Positions 10,918 through 22,594 of a stretch of 64,000 nt of DNA are shown here, in pieces. Source of the stretch: Lingula anatina (lineage: Eukaryota > Animalia > Brachiopoda); contig CM120640.1 of assembly GCA_051362555.1 (NCBI GenBank), positions 61,606,788-61,670,787 of the forward strand, given 5' to 3'. The translations under genes were made by a program, and so were the position numbers. Numbering within the stretch: position 1 is the stretch's first letter; the number at the start of each line of letters is the position of its first letter. The notes beneath the pieces are model-generated. The model worked only from the letters and a program-made list of their open reading frames with translations. It did no database searches and had not been told where the DNA came from.

Positions 10918-13900
10918 AACTAGAGGATCAGAGAGGCGATGCCGCCTCCGAATATTGTACCACCAGCTGGAGTAAGCGCATTCATATAGACCCCCCCCCC
11001 CCCCCACAAAAAGAAGGGACACCACCACCAGGCTTGTGCTTGACAAGCTGTAAAAAATACAATCAACAAGAATTCTCAAAATATGCAAAAAAATTCAATT
11101 CAAGATGAAAAGTAGGTCAAAGGTCAATTTCAAGGTCACACTTACATTGCCAGTATATGACTTCCTATTCAAATTCAATAGTAACTATGGGTGTATCTTT
11201 GCCAGTTTTGGAGATAGAAGGTAACTAAAATTTGCAAAGTTCAGTTCATGGTGAAAAGTAGGTCAAAGGTCAATTTTAAGGTCACAGTAAATTGCCTCTA
11301 ATGACTTCATATTCAAGTTCAATAGTAACTATGGACCTATCTCTGCCAGTTTTGGAGATAAAAGGGAACAAAAAATTGCAAAGTTCAATTCATGATGAAA
11401 AGTAGGTCAAAGGTCAATTTCAAGGTCACATTTAGATTGCCAGTATATGACTTCCTTTTCAAATTCAATAGTAACTGTGGGCGTATCTTTGCCAGTTTTG
11501 GAGATAAAAGGGAACTAAAATTTGCAAAGTTCAGTTCATGATGAAAAGTAGGTCAAAGGTCAATTTTAAGGTCACAGTAAATTGCCTCTAATGACTTCAT
11601 ATTCAAGTTCAATAGTAATTACGGACCTATCTCTACTAGTTTTGGAGACAAAAGGGAACAAAATTTGCAAAGTTCAGTTCATGGTTAAAAGTAGGTCAAA
11701 GATCAATTTTAAGGACACAGTAAATTGCCTCTAATGACTTTCTATTCAAATTCAATAGTAACTATGGGCCTATCTTTGCCAGTTTTGGAGATAAAAGGGA
11801 ACTAAAATTTGCAAAGTTCATGGTAAAAAGTAGGTCAAAGGTCAATTTTAAGGTCACAGTAAATTGCCTCTAATGACTTCATATTTAAATTCAATAATAA
11901 CTTTGGACGTATCATTGCCAGTCTTGGAGATAAAAGGTAACCATAATTTGCAATAGTAACTATGGGCTTATCTTTGCCAGTTTTGGAGATAAAAGAGAAC
12001 CAAAATTTGCAAAGTTAAGTTCATGGTAAAAAGTAGGTCAAAGGTCAATTTTAAGGTCACAGTAAATTACCTCTAATGACTTTCCATTCAAATTCAATAG
12101 TAACTATGGGCGTATCTCTGCCAGTTTTGAAAATAAAAGCATTAAAAAGTTGCAAAGTTTAGTTTATGGTGTAAAGTAGGTCAAAGGTCAATTTTAAGGT
12201 AACAGTAAATTGCCTCTAATGACTTCATATTCAAGTTCAATAGTAACTATGGACCTATCTCTGCCAGTTTTGGAGATAAAAGGGATCAAAAAATTGCAAA
12301 GTTCAATTCATGATGAAAAGTAGGTCAAAGGTCAATTTCAAGGTCACATTTAGATTGCCAGTATATGACTTCCTATTCAAATTCAATAGTAACTATGGGC
12401 GTATCTTAGCCAGTTTTGGAGATAAAAGGGAACTAAAATTTGCAAAGTTCAGTTCATGGTTAAAAGTAGGTCAAAGATCAATTTTAAGGACACAGTAAAT
12501 TGCCTCTAATGACTTTCTATTCAAATTCAATAGTAACTATGGGCCTATCTTTGCCAGTTTTGGAGATAAAAGAGAACCAAAATTTGCAAAGTTAAGTTCA
12601 TGGTAAAAAGTAGGTCAAAGGTCAATTTTAAGGTCACAGTAAATTGCCTCTAATGACTTCATATTTAAATTCAATAATAACTTTGGACGTATCATTGCCA
12701 GTCTTGGAGATAAAAGGTAACCATAATTTGCAATAGTAACTATAGGCTTATCTTTGCCAGTTTTGGAGATAAAAGAGAACCAAAATTTGCAAAGTTAAGT
12801 TCATGGTAAAAAGTAGGTCAAAGGTCAATTTTAAGGTCACAGTAAATTACCTCTAATGACTTTCTATTCAAATTCAATAGTAACTATGGGCGTATCTCTG
12901 CCAGTTTTGAAAATAAAAGCATTAAAAAGTTGCAAAGTTTAGTTTATGGTGTAAAGTAGGTCAATGGTCAATTTCAAGGTCAGAGTAAGATTACAATTAT
13001 ATGACTTCCTACTCAACTTCAATAGTAACTATGGACCTATCTCTGCCAGGTTTGGAGTTAAAAGGGAAAGAAATTAGCAAAGATCAGTTCATGGTGATAA
13101 GTAGGTCAAAGGTCAATTTAAAGGTCACAGTAAATTGCCTCTAATGACTTTCTATTCAAATTCCATAGTAACTATGGGCGTATCTTTGCCAGTTTTGGAG
13201 ATAAAAGGGAAATAAAATTTGCAAAGTTAAGTTCATGGTAAAAAGTAGGTCAAAGGTCAATTTTAAGGTCACAGTAAATTGCCTCTAATGACTTTCTATT
13301 CAAATTCCATAGTAACTATGGGTGTATCTTTGCCAGTTTTGAAAGTGTAAGCATTAAAAAAGTATGCAAAGTTTAGTTTATGGTGTAAAGTAGGTCAAAG
13401 GTCAATTTCAAGGTCAGAGTAAGATTACCAGCATATGACTTCCTATTCAAGTTCAATAGTTACTATGGACCTATCTCTGCCAGTTTTGGAGATAAAAGGG
13501 AACCAAAATTTGCAAAGTTCAATTCATGATGAAAAGTAGGTCAAAGGTCAATTTCAAGGTCACATTAAGATTGCCAGTATATGACTTCCTATTCAAGTTC
13601 AATAGTAACTATGGACCTATCTCTGCCAGTTTTGGAGATATAAGGGACTTAATGTTATAATTTTGGAGTTACAATAATGTGCCATAAATTTCCTACAGAA
13701 AAAATTAATTAAAATAAAGAAAAGGTCATTTTGGTTGAAATTCTTGAAATGGGAGGTGCTCAGAAGTTCCAGATGTTCAAATTTCGTGAAATAATGTCAT
13801 TTTTGACCAGAAGTTGTCTGCCTCGCCAAGCCTGATGTTTTATTTTCCCGGGGTTCAAAATTTATTATCCATTACCGTACTGCACATTTTGCTTTCACCA

Positions 13901-14250
13901 ACAATATGTACTTTTTGATACAGCGTAACTCGAAAACCGTAGGGAAAACAAAAAAACAGAGACCACCTCCAGTGTTGGGCTTTACATGCTCTACAAGCTG
14001 CAAAAAAGAATGGGTCTCTAGCATTAACGGTTCCCGAATTAGAGACAGTTTTCAGTTTCGGTATCTTATGGCCGCTATCCCCGTGAAAATGCACCGATTG
14101 ACCCCAAATTCACGGATATGAAAGATGACCCGAAGGGTACACTTTCCAATAATATTATTGGTTAAGTCTGTGTAGTGTCTGAATAACAGCGCAAATAATT
14201 TTTTTTCGAAAAAAATTTCGTTTTTTTTTTAAACGCTGGTGGTACAATTA
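10918..14250 (-). mobile_element. Helentron-associated non-autonomous element (HINE/DINE-like) with central satellite array, copy 1
   Basis: AACTAG end, hairpin GAGGCG-ATGC-CGCCTC, subterminal IR TTGTACCACCAGC (~10956) / GCTGGTGGTACAA (~14235-14247). Colinear with 22399-26310 but lacks ~400 bp near the right end. Confidence 0.8.
11100..13648. repeat. ~144-146-bp tandem satellite, 17 units, with a 780-bp higher-order duplication
   Basis: AGGTCA anchor at 11114, 11260, 11404, 11550, 11693, 11832, 12035, 12178, 12322, 12468, 12612, 12815, 12958, 13103, 13247, 13392, 13538. The 203-bp variant unit recurs at +780. Confidence 0.95.
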
Positions 14251-14364
14251 CCAACTTACAGCTTTTAGTAGGTGGGACAGACGCTTAAGCCGGCCAAGCT
14301 GACAGTAATCTAGTGAGACTCCCCACAGGGATAGATCGATCTAAAAATCAATGGAAATGGGGTG
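14251..14364. mobile_element. Right half of the 9824-10048 MITE family
   Basis: CTTACAGCTTTTAGTAG...GGGATAGATCGATCTAAAA...GGAAATGGGGT matches ~9940-10048. Confidence 0.8.
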
Positions 14365-14811
14365 TATGAAGAATATATTGGAAATATCTGAAAGTCTGAT
14401 GGTAAAATATTGGGTGAAGAAAATGAAAAAAAAAAAAAACATCACGAAAAATCTTCATTTTCATACCCATGGGGTTTGGACACATGAAAAAAAGACCCTA
14501 CTTCATACTTAGTTACCCTACCATTATTTTTCACATAGTTTGCATTGTGACATATATTTGTTATACATAATTTCGAAAGCCGAATGGTGAAATTTTAGTG
14601 AAAATTGATAATTTTTATAACAAGTTATCATCTAAGAATCATCTTATTACCTGTAGGATTTGGAGTCCCATATCAAAATGCTACACATTTCATTTTTAGC
14701 TCAATAATCAGGCCCCTTGGCCTTTTCATTTGAATACTTCATATATAGCAGCCAAGCCCAACAAACACTTGCTGTTGTTTCCCATTATTTTTTTTTTTTT
14801 CAAAAACTGAA

Positions 14812-17800
14812 CAAAACAAGGCAGCAAAGCTGTCAAATGTACAGACAAAAAGCAGGAAATAACAAACAAGGCAGCAAAGCTGTCAAATGTACAGACAAAA
14901 AGCAGGAAATAACTATGCACAAAATAGGCTACTGTCAATTCTGATGCAAAAGTACATTATATTAAACTGCAAACTCAACATCAAATTTTAATTATGCTCA
15001 ACAGGTAATACCAATGTGAGTAAAATGTGTAACAAGCATAAGGCTTCAGGCCCATGGGGAGTTCAAGTTCACACTTTGAAAATGTATAACTTCCAGAAAA
15101 AGAAGCCAATTAGACTGCTTTTCCAACTCAGGCTGCATTTTAGTCCTGTATTTCTTTTTTGAAAGTTTGGCAATCCTAAGTAACATGGTCAGGCCTACCC
15201 AACTACCAGACTCGGCACCTAAGGATCCTGAATTAACCGGTATATATCGGACCACACCCGTTTTCAAGGTGTGTGTCAGATCGCATTTTGGAGTATCAGT
15301 CAGAATACCGACAGGATGAACCCACGCTCGGCTGTCACCTTGATTGGATAGTAAACAATTGTCGTAAAATCGCCATATGATTTTAAAACCAGGTGCATAA
15401 AACTGAAAAATACCTAGAACAACCTTTCGAACTTGACCTGCGTTTTTGTAAGATGGATTACTCCTGTGAGTTTTATGACAACAGGCCTATCGGTTTTTCC
15501 TTGAAATGTGTTTACAGTGTTGCAGATATGCGGAAAAGTGAAAAAACAGCATAACTTCTACAATAATGGCCCGATCATGCTGATTTTTGAACTTGACCTG
15601 CGTTTTATGAATATTCATCAGCTCTGTAAATATAAAGCCAAAAAGTAAAACTGCCTTCCACTTATTGTGTTTACAATGAAAGTGCACGGTGCCGGCGATG
15701 ACAGCGACGACAGACAGGTGATGGCAATATGTACAGACACATTTATATATATTTTCTGTACTGTTTGAGAACAGTAAGTGACAGGGTTTTTCTTAAATGG
15801 TCATCATGGGAGCAGTGCCCAAAATAGGTTTTTTTCAAATTTTGATGCAATATTACATAATGTTAAACAGCATAATGACCATCAATTTTTTAATAATAAA
15901 ATATTAGTATTATGGATATTCAGAAAATGTGACTAGCAAAGGTCTTCAGGCCCATGGAACTTCAAAGTCACAACTTGAAAATGCCAAAATGTAAACAAGA
16001 CAGCACTGTTACGAAATGTTATTTTTTTCCATTTTTAACAATTTTTAACATAAAACAAAATTAAAAGTTTACTGCCACTTTTATATGATCAACTAAGAAA
16101 ATTGATGAGAATGGAAAAATATCAATAGAGCAGTGTTAAACATCCAATTTCTTTCATTCTGAGATTCTGAAGTGACATGGTTTTTCTTAAATGGTCATCA
16201 TGGAAGCAGTGCACAAAATAGGTTTTTTTCAAATTTTGATGCAATATTACATAATGTTTAACAGCATAATGACCATCAATTTTTTAATAATAAAATATTA
16301 GTATTATGGATATTCAGAAAATGTGACTAGCAAAGGTCTTCAGGCCCATGGAACTTCATAGTCACAACTTGAATATGCCAAATTGTAAACAAGACAGCAC
16401 TGTTCTGAAATGTTTTTTTTTTCCCATTTTTGACAATTTTTAACATAAAACAAAATTAACAGTTTACTGCCATCTTTATATGATCAACTAATAAAATTGA
16501 TGAGATGGGAAAAATATCAATAGAGCAGTGTTAAATGTCCATTTTCCTCCATTCTGAGATTCTGAACATAGTGAATGATTCAATCTGACAAACTGCAATG
16601 ATATGAGTTTATTTCCATTTTTGAAACTTTATTACACAATGCACGATAACAAGTTTACCATCATTTTTACAAAATCAACTAACAATGTTGTAAAGATGCA
16701 GGATATGTCAAGCAAACACTTTTATGTATCTGATTAGTTAAATAATGAGACTGTTAACATGCCTAATAATTGAATCTGAGGAAATGTAAAAAAACAGCAT
16801 AACTTCTAAAATAATTGCTCGATTATGCTGATTTTCGAACTCAACCTGCGTTTTAGAAAGATTGACCACTCCTGTGAGTTTGATGACAATTGGTCTATCT
16901 GTTTTTCTTATATTGTGTTTACAGTGTTGCATATATGCTGAAAAATGAAAAAACAGCATAAGTACTAAAATAGTGGCCCGATCATGCCGATTTTCTAACT
17001 TGACCTGCATTTTAGTAAGATTGAGTACTCCTGTAAGTTTCATGACAACAGGCCTATCGGTTTTCCTTTAAATGTGTTTACAGTGTTGCATATATGCTGA
17101 AAAGTGAAAAAACAGCATAACTTCTACAATAATGGCCCGATCATGCTGATTTTCGAACTTGACCTGCGTTTTATGAATATTCATCAGCTCTGTAAATATA
17201 AAGCCAAAAAGTAAAATTGCCCTCCACTTATCATGTTTACAAGGAAAGTGCACGGCGCCGACGGCGACGGCGACGGCGACGACAGACGCAGGTGATGGCA
17301 ATATGTACAGACACATCTGTGTCTGTACATAAAAAGGCTACTGTCAATTCTGATGCAAAAGTACATTATGTTAAGCTGCAAATTCAACATCAAATTTTAA
17401 TTATGCTCAACAGGTAATACCAATGTAAGTAAAATGTGTAACAAGCATAAGGCTTCAGGCCCATGTGAGTTCAAGTTCACACTTTGAAAATGTATAACTT
17501 TCAGAAAAAGAAGTCAATTAGACTGCTTTTCCAACTCAGGCTGCATTTTAGTCCTGTATTTCTTTTTTGAAAGTTTGGCAATCATAAGTAACATGGTTTT
17601 CCCATAATGGTCATCATGGCAGCAGCACCCTAAATTGTGTTTTCTTCTATTCTGATGCAATATTACATAATGGCAATCAATTTTTAATAATAAAATATAT
17701 GTATCATGGATTTTCAGAAAATGTGACTACGGTAATTCTCCAATCTATACGAACGCCGCAATAATTACGAACAAAACGTTTTTTCTCTGAATCTGAATTT

Positions 17801-20800
17801 TTTGTCTCCGTTCTGTACGAACGATCGCTAAACTCACCTTGGGCACAATTTAAATTTTCCGAACGCAAGAAAGTGTGCCCGATTGAAACTCGCCCCATGA
17901 TTCGTCAAAGCGAGTTTTCAGACCACCGTTCCAAACAAAGGAACTGCCACTTGACAGGAGAGATTGTTATCATGTATTTGTGTTGTTTTTGAATGAGACG
18001 ATAGGAGGACTCGACCTGCCCGCCGGCAGCTACAGGCCAGTTTTAAAACCCTATTGTTATTTAGAAATTATTGAAAGCATCAGTACACATAAATTACTTA
18101 CTGTTTATTATCATTTCTTAACTTCTGCCGGCCGACTGGATCATCAGCATCCACCATCAGTGTTTCACCGATAACTGGTTTCTAGTAAAATCTATAAACT
18201 TGAAACCCACGCACAACAGAAGAGTATGAGAAATCCATTGTCAATGATCGAGTTTTTCATTTGGTTTTGGTAGTCATCAGGAAATTATTTTTTTAAGAGG
18301 AGTTCTGTCTTGTATTGTATTTATTTTTCTAATTTGAGTTGTGGTTTTTGTTTGTTTGTTTGTTTGATTTTCCTTGTTTAAGACCTTGTCTCATGAACAA
18401 CTATTAGGTAAACCTTACTGATATTAGTGATTGTGAAAAATGAAGGTGCCGTATGACCTTATAGAAATTTGCCTGCAGTTTTCTGTATTTTTCTAATTTA
18501 GTTTACATTGATTGCGTGCAAATTAATATGCTGTAAAAGACTTTCATAAATAGACTTGAATTGAGCTGATGTTATTTTTTATATCAAGTATAATCTCTAT
18601 TAACGTTAGTGAAATCTACTGTGAGGAGTTTCAAGTATTTTGTTTTGGCGGGATAAATTTATGTAGGCCTAATGGGGGGTGTGTGTGTGTGTGACATTAT
18701 TAATATTGCAAATTTTCTGTATGTGAAATCATATTAAAAATAAACACGCAATAAATAAAATATGCAACTGGATACGAAAATATTCTTGTCTGTTTTTGAC
18801 AGAAGTTGGGAAAAACGATGTTGTCCTGTCTTGGTTAAACATAACAGGGAACAAGGCAGCAAAGCTGTCAAATGTACAGACAAAAAGCAGGAAATAACTA
18901 TGCACAAAATAGGCTACTGTCAATTCTGATGCAAAAGTACATTATGTTAAACTGCAAATTCAACATCAAATTTTAATTATGCTCAACAGGTAATACCAAA
19001 GTAAGTAAAATGTGTAACAAGCATAAGGCTTCAGGCCCATGGGAGTTCAAGTTCACACTTTGAAAATGTATAACTTCCAGAAAAAGAAGCCAATTAGACT
19101 ACTTTTCCAACTCAGGCTGCATTTTAGTCCTGCATTTCTTTTTTGAACATTTGGCAATCATAAGTAACATGGTTTTCCCATAATGGTCATCATGGCAGCA
19201 GCACCCATAATTGTTTTCTTCTATTCTGATGCAATATTACATATTGGTTAACAGCATAATGACCGTCAATTTTTAATAATAAAATATACGTATCATGGAT
19301 TTTCAGAAAATGTGACTAGCATGGGTCTTCAAGCATGTAGAACTTCAAAGTCACACCTTGAAAATGCCAATATGTGAAATATGCTGAAAAGTGAAAAAAG
19401 GCATGACTTCTACAATAATGGCCCAATCATGCTGATTTTCGAACTTGACCTGCGTTTTATGAATATTCATCAGCTCTGTAAATATAAAGCCCAAAAGTAA
19501 AACTGCCTTCCACTTATCGTGTTTACAATGAAAGTGCAAGGCGCCGGTGACGGCGCTGATGGCGACGACAGACGCAGGTGATGGCAATATGTACAGACAC
19601 ATCTGTACATATTTACTGTACTGTTTGAGAACAGTAAGTGACATGGTTTTTCTTAAATGATCATCATGGGAGCAGTGCCCAAAGTAGGTTTTTTTCAAAT
19701 TTTGATGCAATATTACATAATGTTTAACAGCATAATGACCATCAATTTTTAATAATAAAATATTAGTATCATTGATATTCAGAAAATGTGACTAGCAAAG
19801 GTCTTCAGGCCCATGGAACTTCAAAGTCACAACTTGAAAATGCCAAAATGTAAACAAGACAGCATTGTTCTGAAATGTTTTTTTTTTTCATTTTTAACAA
19901 TTTTTAACATAAAACAAAATTAACAGCTTACTGCGATTTTTATATGATCAACTAAGAAAATTGATGAGATGGGAAAAATATCAATAGAGCAGTGTTAAAT
20001 GTCCAATTTCTTCCATTCTGAGATTCTGAACATAGTGAATGATTGAATCTGACAAACTGCAATGATATGAGTTTATTTCCATTTTTGAAACTTTATTACA
20101 CAATACACGATAACAAATTAACCATCATTTTTACAAAATCAACTATCAATGTTGTAAAGATGCAGGAAATGTCAAACAAACACTTTTAATATCTTATTAA
20201 TTAAATAATGAAACTGTTTACATGCCTAAGAATTGAATCTGAGGGAATGTGAAAAAACAACATAACTTCTAAAATAATGGCCCGATTATGCTGATTTTTT
20301 AACTCAACCTGCGTTTTAGCAGGATTGGCCACTCCTGTGAGTTTAATGACAATTGGCCTATCTGTTTTTCGTATATTGTGTTTACAGTGTTGCATATATG
20401 CTGAAAAGTGAAAAAAAAAAAGCATAACTACTAAAATAGTGGCCTGATCATGCCGATTTTCGAACTTGACCTGCGTTTTAGTAAGATAGATTACTCCTGT
20501 GAGTTTCATGACAACAGGCCTATCGGTTTTCCTTGGAATGTGTTTACAGTGTTCCATATATGCTGAAAAGTGAAAAAAAAGCATAACTTCTACAATAATG
20601 GCCCGATAATGCTGATTTTCGAACTTGACCTGCGTTTTATGAATATTCATCAGCTCTGTAAATATAAAGCCAAAAAGTAAAACTGCCTTCCACTTATCGT
20701 GTTTACAATGAAAGTGCACGGCGCCGGTGACGGCGATGACGGCAACGACAGACGCAGGTGATGGCAATATGTACAGACACATCTATATATATATTTACTG

Positions 20801-22398
20801 TACTGTTTGAGAACAGTAAGTGACATGGTTTTTCTTAAATGGTCATCATGGGAGCAGTGCCCAAAATAGTTTTTTTTTTCAAATTTTGATGCAATATTAC
20901 ATAATGTTTAACAGCATAATGACCATCAATTTTTAATAATAAAATATTAGTATCATGGATATTCAGAAAATGTGACTAGCAAAGGTCTTCAGGCCCATGG
21001 AACTTCAAAGTCACAACTTGAAAATGCCAAAATGTAAACAAGACAGCACTGTTCTAAAATGTTTTTTTTTTTTCCATTTTTAACAACTTTTAACATAAAA
21101 CAAAATTAACAGTTTACTGCCATTTTTATATGATCAACTAAGAAAATTGATGAGATGGGAAAAATATCAATAAAGCAGTGTTAAATGTCCAATTTCTTCC
21201 ATTCTGAGATTCTGAACATAGTGAATGATTGAATCTGACAAACTGCAATGATATGAGTTTATTTCCATTTTTGAAACTTTATTACACAATACATGATAAC
21301 AAGTTTACCATCATTTTTACAAAATCAACTAACAATGTTGTAAAGATGCAGGAAATGTCAAACAAAAACTTTTACGTATCTTATTAGTTTAATAATAGAC
21401 TGTTAACATGCCTAAGAATTGAATCTGAGGAAATTTGAAAAATATGCTGAAAAGTGAAAAAACAGCATAACTTCTACAATAATGGCCCGATCATGCTGAT
21501 TTTCGAACTTGACCTGCGTTTTATGAATATTCATCAGCTCTGTAAATATAAAGCCAAAAAGTAAAACTGCCCTCCACTTATCGTGTTTACAAGGAAAGTG
21601 CACGGCATCGGCATCGGCATCGGCATCGGCATCGCCATCGGCATCGGCGACGACAGACGCAGGTGATGGCAATATGTACAGACACATCTGTGTCTGTACA
21701 TAAAAACGATGTTGTCTTGTCTTGGGAGAAATGTACCTCTTTAGTATGAAGAAATTGTTTTTTAACTTGAATTCCCGACTTTTGTTTAGTTTGTTTTAAT
21801 TCATTGCAATATCGCAAGAATAATTTGTTTGTGCTTTTAGTTGATCACAGTGATTTAATCTGAAAGTAATGCTTACACTTAGCAATGTAGGTAAGTGGAG
21901 ATAACTTCAGGTACAGCCGTATTCCGTCCGTTTTTCAATGGTTACGAACGCGTGGCAATTTTTAGCAGACTGAATTTCAAGCCTTACGAACAAAATGATT
22001 ATCTTCCAAAAATAATTAATTTAAAACGTTCGTATAGATTGGAGAATTACCGTAGCATGGGTCTTCAAGCCTGTGGAACTTCAAAGTCACACCTTGAAAA
22101 TGCCAAAATGTAAACAAGACAGCACTGTGCTGAAATGTGTTTTTTTTTTTTCATTTTTAACAATTGTTTAACATATAACAAAATTAACAGTTTACTGCCA
22201 TTTTTATATGATCAACTAAGAAAATTGATGAGATGGGAAAAATATCAATAGAACAGTATTTTATGTCCAATTTCCTCCATTCTGAGTTTCTGAACATAGT
22301 GAATGAATTAATCTGACAAACTGCAATGATATGAGTTTATTTCCATTTTTGACACTTTATTACACAATACACGAGTTTACCATCATTTTTACAAAATC
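14812..22398. repeat. Modular macro-repeat built from HINE-like fragments (~1.2-kb module, 4-5 partial copies)
   Basis: Recurring blocks: GGCTACTGTCAATTCTGATGC (near 14930, 17335, 18910); GGTCATCATGG...GACTAGCAAAGGTCTTCAGGCCCATGG (near 15800, 16190, 19660, 20840); ~130-bp AAAAACAGCATAACTTCTA subrepeats; and a GC microsatellite + CAGGTGATGGCAATATGTAC terminus (near 15715, 17290, 19575, 20755, 21660). Confidence 0.9.
17730..22052. mobile_element. TA-flanked Tc1/mariner/pogo-type non-autonomous element, interrupted by a ~2.85-kb insert
   Basis: Perfect 26-bp TIRs CGGTAATTCTCCAATCTATACGAACG (17730) and reverse complement (22027-22052). TA TSD restores GTGACTAGCATGGG, seen uninterrupted at ~19312-19325. 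Own sequence is 17730-~18835 and ~21702-22052. Confidence 0.88.
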
Positions 22399-22594
22399 AA
22401 CTAGAGGATCAGAGAGGCGATACCGCCTCCGAATATTGTACCACCAGCTGGAGCAAGCGCATTCGTATAGACCCCCACATACACAAAATAAGGGGTGCAG
22501 CCACCAGTCTTGTGCTTGACAAGCTGTAAAAATGCAATCAACAAGAATTTTCAAAATATGCAAAAAATATATATAACTAAAAATGGTGCAATCA

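Noticed and set aside
20201-20782. 193-aa ORF and its relatives (15487, 16738, 17068, 19351, 21412) as a protein family
   Set aside because: They are translations of ~130-bp subrepeats of a non-coding repeat; they break at different places in each copy and show no recognisable domain.
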